A DNA stretch of 63,071 nt, counting the filler, from Octopus bimaculoides (lineage: Eukaryota), in the NCBI RefSeq assembly GCF_001194135.2. It is 5 parts of 5 records of this genome, joined end to end, with 100 filler letters (N's around TTAATTAATTAA, not from the genome) between each part and the next. Parts side by side here need not be neighbours in the genome. Positions count along the whole stretch, not along the records: positions 1 to 14,710 come from NC_069005.1; 4 more parts are not named here. The stretch is one strand, 5' to 3'. Of this stretch, positions 1-11,259 are shown one piece after another; position 1 is the first letter of the stretch, and each line of letters begins with the position of its first letter. The notes under the pieces are model-generated. The model was not told the origin of the DNA. It made no database searches and saw nothing but the letters and a program-made list of their open reading frames with translations. The translations under genes and the position numbers were made by a program.

Positions 1-241
1 ATATATTTCTATATATATATATGTATATACATTTAGAATATGAATACATCTTTCAGAACACTGCCAAAATATTGCTTGGATTTACCTTGGGTTTAAACTT
101 AAAACCTGTACCTTCATGGAAGTACCGACCAACATCCATATACTTTGGAGAAAGATGAGTTGTGAACATTATTCTCCTGCCTATATTCTTCTAACTAATT
201 TTACTCTTTAATCTTCTATTTTACTACTTTATTCTTGTATG

Positions 242-310
242 TTATTCCTTATAAACTGTGAATTTTATTCCTTGTAAACTGTGAATTTTATTCCTTGTAA
301 ACTGTAAATT
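242..310. repeat. 3 x 23 bp tandem repeat
   Basis: TTATTCCTT(A/G)TAAACTGT(G/A)AATT repeated three times head-to-tail. Confidence 0.9.
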
Positions 311-357
311 TTTCCCGTCTAAAATATTCATATCTTGTCTCTGTTGACCGAATACCC

Positions 358-413
358 AGTGTACGGACATGCTAACCACCCATTTGGGTTATCTCAGAAA
401 CAGCTGTAAGACT
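358..413 (+). ncRNA. Decayed minimal hammerhead ribozyme (Penelope-type)
   Basis: GAAAC-AGCT-GT-A at 397-408 (palindromic stem III, GUA site), followed by AGACT that pairs with AGTGT at 358-362 with one mismatch. TAACC/GGTTA stem II relic. CUGANGA box not intact. Confidence 0.4.
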
Positions 414-489
414 TCAAATTCACCTTGCCCTAATTAAATTATTCTAAATGACTTGAGATACTCGTTCTGAACCTGACCGTTCTCAAAAA

Positions 490-702
490 TTAAAAAAAAC
501 AGAAAAAATAATCCAGAATCCTTGTCCGGTACCGGATCGATTCCAAAATCTAATCAGTTCGTGCCAGTCATGAGGCCAAACATCCCTGGAAGTTTCATTG
601 GAATCCATCCAGCGGTTCTTGAGATATCTTGTCCATGGACAAACAAACAAACAAACATGGCTGAAAACAATACCTCCACCTTCGCTAAGGCGGAAGTAAC
701 AA
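490..702 (-). mobile_element. Non-autonomous Helentron/HINE-like element
   Basis: Terminal hairpin TACCTCCACCTT-cgct-AAGGCGGAAGTA (671-698), adjacent (AAAC)n microsatellite, and palindrome TCCGGTACCGGA near the other end. Matches DINE-1/HINE architecture. Confidence 0.5.
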
Positions 703-899
703 GGATATTTACATGTTATTCTCAAAGCAATAATGGAGTCGTAATTATGAATGTCAACACTTTGATACCTGGGTTTATTATTATTATTAAAATATTTAAT
801 TTATAATATTTAAACGCCAAGAAACAGGAATGAAGAAAGAGATAAGAAAGGAAAGAAAAGAAAGAAAAGAAAGAAAAACGGGTGGTGAGAAGCTAAAGT

Positions 900-1803
900 A
901 GCCGAAGGCAACCTGGAGGAACTGTGGAGGACTAGAATGGAGGAAGCGTACAAAGGAAAGTGTAGAAACTTTTGNNNNNNNNNNNNNNNNNNNNNNNNNN
1001 NNNNNNNNNNNNNNNNNNNNNNNNNNNNNNNNNNNNNNNNNNNNNNNNNNNNNNNNNNNNNNNNNNNNNNNNNNNNNNNNNNNNNNNNNNNNNNNNNNNN
1101 NNNNNNNNNNNNNNNNNNNNNNNNNNNNNNNNNNNNNNNNNNNNNNNNNNNNNNNNNNNNNNNNNNNNNNNNNNNNNNNNNNNNNNNNNNNNNNNNNNNN
1201 NNNNNNNNNNNNNNNNNNNNNNNNNNNNNNNNNNNNNNNNNNNNNNNNNNNNNNNNNNNNNNNNNNNNNNNNNNNNNNNNNNNNNNNNNNNNNNNNNNNN
1301 NNNNNNNNNNNNNNNNNNNNNNCTGTGGAGGACTAGAATGGAGGAAGCGTACAAAGGAAAGTGTAGAAACTTTTGAAGAGGGTCACTTTGTGCAGAAAAA
1401 ACACAAAGGGCTGCTTTTGAAGGGGCTGTCACCAGGACGTCAGTGTGAACATAATGTGTTTGGAGTGTGAACCGTATGGCCGTGTAACCCTTTCCAAGGC
1501 TGCATATGTCCACCATCTGAAGTCTCGTGAAAGACCAACTGTATGCAATGTCCTTCCTTCTAGATCGAATGATTCGACGTGCAAAACTTGCAAGTCGACG
1601 TCGGGTGTGAGGAGATATATGGCGGTTCACCGAGACAGTATCAAAGCGGAAGTTACACCCTCCGTCTGTCACCTGTGCTTCAAGCCATGCAGATCTGCAG
1701 GGACTGAAATGTTATCTGAGAGTTCAAAGACAAAATGTCAGAAATGCCATTGACAAGGAGGAAGTTCAGAGAAGCGGCAACCGTCTGTGACGATAGAGCA
1801 ATC
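900..1803 (+). mobile_element. RTE-clade LINE 3' fragment with C-terminal C2H2 zinc-finger relics
   Basis: EWRKRTKESVETFEE resembles the RTE post-RT motif. ORF 1445-1753 has CLEC..HHLK, CKTC..MAVH and CHLC..KPCRS units. Ends in a (TATG)n tail. Spans an N gap. Confidence 0.6.
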
Positions 1804-2128
1804 ATGTATGTATGTATGTATGTATGTATGTATGTATGTATGTATGCATGTATGTGTAAGTATGCTTATATGTATGTGAGTGCATATATGTATGTGTGTA
1901 TGCATGCATGTGTATGCATATATGTATGTGTATGCATGTATGTGTGTATATATGTGTGTATGTATGTATGTATGTATGTGTTCATATATGTATGTATGCA
2001 AGTATGTATGTGTGTGTATGGACGTGTGTATGTATGAGTGTGTATGTATGTATGTATGTATGTATTGTATGTATGTGCATGTGTGTATGTATATGTTTAT
2101 GTCTGTTAGTACGTATGTATGTATGTAT
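1804..2128. repeat. Compound (TATG)n/(TG)n microsatellite
   Basis: Direct reading. Confidence 0.95.
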
Positions 2129-2334
2129 TTTATCTTATATCTTTTATTTGTTTCTGTCAATAAATTGTGGCCATGCTGCCGCACCGCCTTCAGGAATTTT
2201 TAGCCGAATGAATCGAGTTCAGTATCTTTTTAAAGCCTGGTACTCATTCTGTCGGCTTCATTTGCTGAACCGCAAATGTTACGGGTTCGTAAACACACCA
2301 ACACCGGTTGTCAAGCGGTGGTGGGGGACTAACG

Positions 2335-2382
<48 letters not shown>

Positions 2383-2523
2383 CATATATGTGACAGGCTT
2401 CTTTTAGTTTCCGTCTACCAAATCCACTCACAAGTTCTTTAGTCGGCCCCGAAGGAAGTTATAGTAGAAGACACTTGCCCGAGAGAACCAAGTGGTTAGG
2501 CAAGCAGCTTATTACCATCCAGC
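2129..2523 (-). mobile_element. tRNA-derived SINE, family B (internal microsatellite)
   Basis: Minus strand reads head, TTGGGCAAGTGTCTTCTACTATA-like core, (GT)n, then CCCCCACCACCGCTTGACAACCGGTGTTGG segment and GCGGTGC..GCATGGCCAC tail. Same family as 11854-12283 and 17165-17449. Confidence 0.85.
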
Positions 2524-2869
2524 CTCTTGTAGAATTTATATGTAAACAACGAAAAATATAGCCACAGTAATTTAGAGCTCAATTAGTAACAGATCGTTAA
2601 ATTCCAATGCTGTAAATCCAAGTGAAACAAACTTCTTGGCTAAAATGATCTTTTAGTAAAACGTCAAAAATATTAAGCAGAAAAGCATAAATTTGAAATA
2701 AGGTTCATAATTGGGCTCAGCGGCTGTTTCGTTAGCAATAAACATCATTATTTGTGTAACTGCGTAATTAGGATGCATAATTGATTTAATTTAATTTAAT
2801 TTAATTTAATTTCAAAGTTATGTTTACCCAGCATGTTATAAGAGAAATGGTAATGAAGAAACGGTCTCG

Positions 2870-3310
2870 TTTGTGTATGCATGTGTGTACGTGTGTGTAT
2901 GTGTGTGTGCGCATTTATGTGTGTGTGCGTGTTTATGTGTGTGAGTGTGTGAATGTGCATTTGTGTGTGAATGTGTTTGTGTGTATGTTTGTGTGTGTGT
3001 ATGTGTTTGTGTGTTTGCATACATACATACATACAAGCATGTATGCATACTTACACACACACATACATACACACACATACACGTACATACATACATACAT
3101 ACATACATACATACATACATACATACATACATGCATTCATACATATATGCATGTATACACACATACATATATGGATGTCTGCATACCTGCTTATATACAT
3201 ACATACATACATGCATACATCCATATAAACAGACAGGTAGATAGATAGATGGATAGATACATGAAGGAATGGGTAGAGAGCTCGGTTGGTAGGTAAATAG
3301 GTAGGTAGAG
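2870..3310. repeat. Compound microsatellite: TG-rich, then CA/CATA-rich, then TAGA
   Basis: Direct reading. Confidence 0.9.
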
Positions 3311-4801
3311 ATAGATAAGGTGATCCGAAACGGGCCTGGTTGTTTTTTCTAGTACATAAAATGACTGCTCGTGGTAGTGATAGTAGTAGTAGTAGTATGA
3401 AAATGGTAGTANNNNNNNNNNNNNNNNNNNNNNNNNNNNNNNNNNNNNNNNNNNNNNNNNNNNNNNNNNNNNNNNNNNNNNNNNNNNNNNNNNNNNNNNN
3501 NNNNNNNNNNNNNNNNNNNNNNNNNNNNNNNNNNNNNNNNNNNNNNNNNNNNNNNNNNNNNNNNNNNNNNNNNNNNNNNNNNNNNNNNNNNNNNNNNNNN
3601 NNNNNNNNNNNNNNNNNNNNNNNNNNNNNNNNNNNNNNNNNNNNNNNNNNNNNNNNNNNNNNNNNNNNNNNNNNNNNNNNNNNNNNNNNNNNNNNNNNNN
3701 NNNNNNNNACCCCGTTCTTCCTATTCCCCTCCCCCATTCCATGCGCTTATTTTTCCCCTTTTCCTCTCGCCTTCCCTTACCTCCTACCCTCTCACCGCCA
3801 CCCCACAGACATGCTGCACACTTTTTGTGGATCCCTCTGGCAAAATAACCTTCGTCGCTTGTTAGCTGCATCTTGCGTTAACTTAGCTGCTGGCTTCTGA
3901 CATCATCTGTGTGTGTCTATCTATGTGTGTCTATCTATGTGTGTGTGAATGTGTCCATGTGTGTCTGTGGGTGTATGTATGCGTGAATGTATATGTGTGC
4001 ATGTGTATGTATGTATGTATGTATGTATGTATGTATGTATGTACAAACAATATATGAGTATATGCATATATATGTACATGTATGTATATACGTTCATCTA
4101 CATGTACATATAGATACATAACTGGGTACATGACGTGGCAAAAGAACAAGGACAAAATGGTAAACAAGGTGCAACAAACAAGCAGGCCACATAGAAACAT
4201 CCCCTTCATCAGCTGCCACCATTAAAACTCCGGCGTTTCGAAGAATTGTATGTATGTATGTATGTGTGTGTGTATGTATGTATGTATGTATGTATGTATG
4301 TATGTATGTGTGTATGTATGTATGTAAGCGTGAATGTGTATGTGTGCATGTGTATNNNNNNNNNNNNNNNNNNNNNNNNNNNNNNNNNNNNNNNNNNNNN
4401 NNNNNNNNNNNNNNNNNNNNNNNNNNNNNNNNNNNNNNNNNNNNNNNNNNNNNNNNNNNNNNNNNNNNNNNNNNNNNNNNNNNNNNNNNNNNNNNNNNNN
4501 NNNNNNNNNNNNNNNNNNNNNNNNNNNNNNNNNNNNNNNNNNNNNNNNNNNNNNNNNNNNNNNNNNNNNNNNNNNNNNNNNNNNNNNNNNNNNNNNNNNN
4601 NNNNNNNNNNNNNNNNNNNNNNNNNNNNNNNNNNNNNNNNNNNNNNNNNNNNNNNNNNNNNNNNNNNNNNNNNNNNNNNNNNNNNNNNNNNNNNNNNNNN
4701 NNNNNNNNNNNNNNNNNNNNNNNNNNNNNNNNNNNNNNNNNNNNNNNNNNNNNNNNNNNNNNNNNNNNNNNNNNNNNNNNNNNNNNNNNNNNNNNNNNNN
4801 N

Positions 4802-4837
<36 letters not shown>

Positions 4838-5092
4838 TGTGGATGTGTGAGTGTGTGTGTGGCGGCCATAGTAATGGCGGTTAGACTACACTTGAAGTAG
4901 TCGTTCAGTGGTTAAATTATGCTCGACCAGACCTAACAGCAAAGATTCATTTCAGCCGCGATCTTTCCATCTTCTCCAAAGTCATAGTGAACGCAGAACC
5001 ATATTGCTCAGTATATTCGTTTCAAAGACAGTTGGGTGTTATTTAAAGGATATCTGGTTGCTATTTCTAGCAAACTGTTTTGGCATTTACGC

Positions 5093-5360
5093 CAGTGGTT
5101 CCCAACCATTTTTTGCCTATGGTTCCCTTGTACTCCTGTCTTACTCTACGAGACCTCCAGAGCAATTCGATATATATCAAAAAATATCCTCCTGTATGTT
5201 TATAATTAAATATTATTAGGAATGGCCATACAATTTTTTTTTGATATTTGGCGTATTGTAGAAGTTTAAGCAATTATACATCTACAATACATAATTCTTT
5301 TTACAACAAAACCTTATATGGGATCCCAAGGGCCATATTGACCCTGGTTGAGAACCAGTG
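5093..5360 (+). mobile_element. hAT (Charlie-like) MITE
   Basis: TIRs CAGTGGTTCCCAACC / GGTTGAGAACCAGTG; 8 bp TSD ATTTACGC / ATTTAGGC (7/8). Confidence 0.85.
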
Positions 5361-6086
5361 ATTTAGGCGTTCCCTCATTGCTGTTCTGTTCTTGATGATG
5401 ATGATGAGGATATTGTTGATGTAGTGGCATTGATACTTGCAAATATTTCTGAAAACAATGAATTTCTCAACATCTGCGTGCCAAGAATATTTCAATGGAC
5501 TTTATATTTTCAATGCGTCATATCACATAAGATATCTACCAAAACATAGTCTATGGTTTATATATATGACCTGTCGTTTTTCTTTAGATGCCTCCTAAGA
5601 TTTAATTTAGAGTTTTTATATCTATGACTTGCATCGCTTATGATACCTTCTAAAAAGTTAGAGAAGAGTTTATATGATTTCTCATATCTTTTATGTTACC
5701 AAGACATAAGTCCCCTTTGATTTCAAAATTCCTTTCAAACAATAATATGTCCTAAGACTTATAATGTTCGTTATGATATGTAATACATTTCGCTTATGAC
5801 TATAACGTCTCCTAAGACATATGTTTATTATGAACTCTTCTCTTAAGACTCGAGAGCTATATTTGAACGTTGGTATTTAGCTGCTTTTTCTAGCATAAAG
5901 CAGATGGGAGAAAATATGAGTACCATCCGTCTGCTCGTTCAACCCTCTTTCCTCCCCGGTGCTACAGCCGAGATGTTTGGTTGGGTCAAAGGTGATGGCA
6001 CCGACAAGGTGTCTCTGTTTGCACGCGACTATATAGTCTGCTAAAACAATTAGCAAAAGCATTCTAAGCTGGTTTTAACCTATATA

Positions 6087-6256
6087 GGCGCAGGCGTGGC
6101 TGTGTGGTAAGAGGCTTGCTTCGCAATCACATAGTTCCGGGTTCAGTTCCACTGCATTGCACCTTGGGTAAGTGTCTTCTACAACAGCCTCGGGCAGACC
6201 AAAGCCTTGTCATAGGATTTGGTAGACGGAAACTGAAAGATAGCCGTCGTATATAT
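6087..6256 (+). mobile_element. SINE family B head
   Basis: GGCGCAGGCGTGGCTGTGTGGTAAG (A-box-like), GGTTCAGTTCC (B-box-like), ACCTTGGGTAAGTGTCTTCTAC core, ending at a TA repeat. Confidence 0.85.
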
Positions 6257-8059
6257 ATCCCTTTTCTTAGCACTTCTGTGAAAAAAAATCTCTAACTTCC
6301 GGTCAGCCATTACTATGATTAGNNNNNNNNNNNNNNNNNNNNNNNNNNNNNNNNNNNNNNNNNNNNNNNNNNNNNNNNNNNNNNNNNNNNNNNNNNNNNN
6401 NNNNNNNNNNNNNNNNNNNNNNTTACAAATATGTGTATGTGTATGGATGTGTGCGTGTGTATGTATATGTGTTATGTTATGATATGATATGATGTGGCGT
6501 TGTTGTTTTTAAAAACCTAACTGACCTTAAATCGAGCTGATTTATGATCTAAGGTATGCCAAAGTCTTAACCATTCTGTCTGCCTTTCACTAAATGTAAT
6601 GTATCTTTTTAATAACAGTAAGGTTATTAGGCTGTTATTTCTGGAAGGTCGAAGAGTCCCAAATAATAGATTCCCCCTCAAACGTCAGTTTCCAGTTGTA
6701 CAACTGATATATCCCAAGAAAGAAACCTCAGAATATAAATGTAGATAAATCGATATCTAAAATCAAATTCTAATGTACTCCCTAGATGAACTGATTGTGT
6801 GTATATGTCTGTGTACGAGTGTGTATGTGTGGTGTGCGTGTGTGTGTAGAATATGGAGAACCGAGAGCGAAATCTTACCGTAATCAACGGACAGAATACA
6901 ATGCTAAATTCTCAATTACATTCTCTGCAACAACACGCTCTGAATTCTGTTTCAAAAAAAAAAAAAAGAAATGAAAATGATATTCATAAGAAGAACTGGG
7001 ATGGAATCACCAAAGACTTCATTCTAATAGTTCTGAATTCCAAACACGAATAAATATGCATCTCATTTTAAAGTTTCGACAAAAACAGTTGCCGGAGGTC
7101 GAATATGTGCAGAAGCATCTCTCCATAGAGCTGTCATGTGACCAATCACATTCCTCTTACTCCTTCACCCATTATTGCTAAAATTTCGACGTTCTCTTAC
7201 ANNNNNNNNNNNNNNNNNNNNNNNNNNNNNNNNNNNNNNNNNNNNNNNNNNNNNNNNNNNNNNNNNNNNNNNNNNNNNNNNNNNNNNNNNNNNNNNNNNN
7301 NNNNNNNNNNNNNNNNNNNNNNNNNNNNNNNNNNNNNNNNNNNNNNNNNNNNNNNNNNNNNNNNNNNNNNNNNNNNNNNNNNNNNNNNNNNNNNNNNNNN
7401 NNNNNNNNNNNNNNNNNNNNNNNNNNNNNNNNNNNNNNNNNNNNNNNNNNNNNNNNNNNNNNNNNNNNNNNNNNNNNNNNNNNNNNNNNNNNNNNNNNNN
7501 NNNNNNNNNNNNNNNNNNNNNNNNNNNNNNNNNNNNNNNNNNNNNNNNNNNNNNNNNNNNNNNNNNNNNNNNNNNNNNNNNNNNNNNNNNNNNNNNNNNN
7601 NNNNNNNNNNNNNNNNNNNNNNNNNNNNNNNNNNNNNNNNNNNNNNNNNNNNNNNNNNNNNNNNNNNNNNNNNNNNNNNNNNNNNNNNNNNNNNNNNNNN
7701 NNNNNNNNNNNNNNNNNNNNNNNNNNNNNNNNNNNNNNNNNNNNNNNNNNNNNNNNNNNNNNNNNNNNNNNNNNNNNNNNNNNNNNNNNNNNNNNNNNNN
7801 NNNNNNNNNNNNNNNNNNNNNNNNNNNNNNNNNNNNNNNNNNNNNNNNNNNNNNNNNNNNNNNNNNNNNNNNNNNNNNNNNNNNNNNNNNNNNNNNNNNN
7901 NNNNNNNNNNNNNNNNNNNNNNNNNNNNNNNNNNNNNNNNNNNNNNNNNNNNNNNNNNNNNNNNNNNNNNNNNNNNNNNNNNNNNNNNNNNNNNNNNNNN
8001 NNNNNNNNNNNNNNNNNNNNNNNNNNNNNNNNNNNNNNNNNNNNNNNNNNNNNNNNNNN

Positions 8060-8110
8060 ATTCACCGCAAGGAAAGTTCAGTGTCATCAATTCACCGCAA
8101 GGAAAGTTCA
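8060..8110. repeat. 30 bp tandem repeat at gap edge
   Basis: ATTCACCGCAAGGAAAGTTCA occurs twice with a 30 bp period, followed by degenerate GAAAGTTCA/GAAAATTT motifs. Confidence 0.75.
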
Positions 8111-8239
8111 CTTTGAAGAAAGTTCATGGTTAGGAAATTTCATCGTGAGGAAAATTTACCGAGAAACTATATCCATAATATCTCACCATTAATAGTTAAA
8201 AACTATGTTATTGAGAGAAAAAAAAAAAAAAAAAAAGCG

Positions 8240-8620
8240 TGGATTGATGCCGGTGAACTTACCGGACATGATTTTACTGACTTTGAAAAGATGAAGAACA
8301 AAGTCAATCTCGGCAGAATTTGAACTCAACGTAAAGGTGAACGGAATGCCGATAAGCATTTTGTCCGGCGTGCTAACGATTCTGCCAGCTCGCCCCCTTA
8401 AGATGAGGTAAATATTGGTTTCAAAGTTTGGCACAAGGCCAGTAAGTTCGGAGAAGGGGACTAGTCGATTACATCGACCTCAGTGTTCAACTGGTATTTA
8501 TTTTATCGAACCCTAAAAAGAATGAAAGGCAAAGTCGACCTCGGCGGAATTTGAACGCAGAACGTGAAAGCGGATGAAGTACCGCTCAGCATTTCGCTCG
8601 GCGTTCTAACGATTCTGCCA
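8240..8620 (-). mobile_element. Two tandem SINE family A copies (Meta-domain-like core)
   Basis: Each ends in CTAACGATTCTGCCA and contains AAAGTC(G/A)A(C/T)CTCGGC(G/A)GAATTTGAAC; reverse complements of the copy at 46011. Confidence 0.85.
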
Positions 8621-8687
8621 AACAATTCTATATAATAAGAAGAATAAATACCTAGGAGCGATAATAACGTATTAGCAGCACCGTGAA

Positions 8688-8830
8688 GGCGCGTGGTCTA
8701 GTGGATAGGGTGCCTGGCTCACGATCATAAAGTCGTGAGTTCGATTCCTGATCGGGTGGTGTCTTATGACCATGAGCAAGGCTCTTCACGTAGATCTAAT
8801 CTACAGAGGTGAAAATAAATACCAGCCGAC
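8688..8830 (+). mobile_element. tRNA-derived CORE-like SINE head
   Basis: A box TGGTCTAGTGG, B box GTTCGATTCC, then TGAGCAAGGCTCTTCA core-like motif. Similar to 43226-43447. Confidence 0.7.
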
Positions 8831-8839
8831 TGATGGTGC

Positions 8840-8924
8840 GGCTCACCCCCTTTCTCTCTTTCTCATTCTGTCTCTGTCTCTGTCTCTGTCTGTCTGTCTG
8901 TATGTCTGTCTGTCTGTCTCTGTC

Positions 8925-9006
<82 letters not shown>
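8840..9006. repeat. (TC)n/(TCTG)n microsatellite
   Basis: Direct reading. Confidence 0.95.
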
Positions 9007-9011
<5 letters not shown>

Positions 9012-10244
9012 TTCTTTCCAACTGTCACACCTCAATGTTCTGCTCAGTGAAAGTTGGGTACCCATGTCTGTTCTCACCTAGAATAACTTGTGAAAGTGAA
9101 GTGTGGTAGAAGCTAACAGGTCAAACTCACTCGCTCGCGAGTGACGTCTAAGCAAGCATACAACAGCAACATTATCAGTCACACTAGCAAAATAAATGAA
9201 CTTGCAGTTGCAACAAAGAAATATAGATAACTGCAGCAATACTAGCAACAGTAACTGTTGTGTCGACGCCCCCAGGCGAAGAAGTAGGATCTCCCAAGAC
9301 ATATAAATAGAGGTAGTCTGGCTGGGGTAGAACGTTGAGTAGCAGTTGTGTAGCGGTTGAATAGAGATCATCCGAAGGCGCTAGATAGCAGTAGCTTGAG
9401 ACATAACAGTAACAATGTTAATGTTATCGATAATAACAATAATAACACTAATGACGTCAACTGTTATAACAACAGCAACAGCAACAACAATTGCAACAAC
9501 GACAATGGTATCAGAAGCTGTAGAAAATATAAGGACGTAGGCAATAGTAGCGAGGGAGAAACAGAATAAATCGAAGCAAAAATGCGAGCAGCATTAGCAA
9601 CAAGAAGAAGAACAGTAATAATAGCTTCATCAAAAGTGGTTAACAACACTAGCAACAACAGCTGCAAGTAATTGTAACGACATCGGCATTAACAACGACA
9701 ACAGCAACAACGAACATTCACAGCAAAATGAATTTGGGAAAAGATATAATATTGAATGAATAATCAAATTTATTAAATGAAAAATGGCGGTGAAAAAAGC
9801 AAAAACTGAGAAAACAAAATGGCGGAAAACGATAACTGAAGAGAAACGGGAGAGATGTTCAAAGATGGCCATTAAAGGTTGTACTGAGTGGACGGAAGTT
9901 TTAGGAATAGGGAGTGAACGGAGGTAGAGGAAGGAGGAAGTTGGCTGGGTGGTGGTGGTGGTGGCGGTGGTGGGTTGTGGTGGTGGATTGTAGAAAATGT
10001 AATTAGCTGCGCGTGGGACAGTGTAGAATTAGGATGGTAATGTGTTGTGTTCGGTTGTGTATGTGTGCAGAGTGCGTGACAGGAGTGGTGGTGGGGAACC
10101 ACCAGTACGACGTTGGCCCCTTGAAATTAGACAGAAGAATGAGGAGATAGAAATGTATAGCAACAAAACAACAACAAACAATAATAATAATAACAACAAT
10201 AATAATGATTTATCTTATTTCTTACAAGCATGACGAATGAATGA

Positions 10245-10277
10245 ATGATGATGATGATGATCATAATAATAATAATG

Positions 10278-10333
<56 letters not shown>

Positions 10334-10372
10334 TATTATTATTATTATTATTATTATCATCATCATCATCAT
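10245..10372. repeat. Self-complementary compound microsatellite (ATG)n(AAT)n-(ATT)n(ATC)n
   Basis: Block order on the right is the reverse complement of the left. Confidence 0.9.
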
Positions 10373-10809
10373 CTTCATCAAGCTATTGATTAGGACCAAA
10401 ATCGCAGTCAAAAGAAAAAAAAAAAAGAATGAAATGGGAAAAAAATATAAACAAAATAATAATAATATGCTGGTTGAGAAGTGAGCCAAATGAAAGAGGC
10501 TTCACGAATCGAATGAAATGAATATGGGGTTTTGAAGCATCCGCAGAGTTCAGTCGTATATTCTGACAAGAGAACATTGTCGTCTGCTAAATCGAAGCCG
10601 TGTGAGGAAATCAATGCCAGTTTTAATTCCCATTTTGTATTAGTCTTGGTACAGTTTTCGAAATACTTTAAGCTGGCTGTGAATAGTTTAAGAGAAACAG
10701 AATTTTGCTGTTTCGTATCCCTTTGAGTGAAAATCGGTTCAAACCTTTGTGTAGTACGATGAAAGATGTAGCATATTAGTAGTTTCATTTTTAACACATT
10801 TGGTATATG

Positions 10810-11225
10810 TAGGGTCGGATTAAGGAGTAAGACCCTTTAGAGGCCTTAAGCACTTAAAAGATTTAGGTACCCTCATATGTATGTAATTCCAAATATAATA
10901 AACAACAATAAACCATAAAATATATTTTTATTTTGAAAAATAAAACAAAACTAATAGAAAGATGGAAAATAATGTTTACTTTTGTATACTTCCACAAAAG
11001 TTTTCTATCTTTTTTATGTTAATTACAGTCTTTGATCAGATCCTCACTATAACCCCATGAACACTTCGAAATTATATTTCCGATCATATAAACCACTTCG
11101 AATATTATTTTAGCAAGTTTAAAGTGATTTCATTTGTGCCATAGACCATTTACTATTTCTGTGGTGCCCCCTCCCTTGATGCCCTAAGCATGTGCTTCTT
11201 TTGCTTAATGGTTATTCCAGCACTG
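10810..11225 (+). mobile_element. Old hAT-type MITE
   Basis: Ends TAGGGTCGGATTAA / GTTATTCCAGCACTG; candidate 8 bp TSD GGTATATG / GATGCATG (5/8, all transitions). Confidence 0.55.
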
Positions 11226-11259
11226 GATGCATGCTAAGTCTACATCTTGGTTTGTTGAA

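Noticed and set aside
242-310. CRISPR-like array
   Set aside because: Units are contiguous with no spacers, in a eukaryotic context. The same applies to the 30 bp repeat at 8060.
3799-3900. Terminal exon after a pyrimidine tract (MLHTFCGSLWQNNLRRLL..)
   Set aside because: The pyrimidine tract is low-complexity sequence at a gap edge and the peptide is unrecognisable.
4170-4245. Hammerhead on the minus strand (CTGATGA with nearby CGAAACG)
   Set aside because: The boxes are in the wrong order and no stem II closes onto a downstream GAAA.
7138-8133. Long ORFs made mostly of X (also at 16353, 21535, 29455, 45354, 47904, 55614, 57873)
   Set aside because: They are open only because N gaps contain no stop codons.
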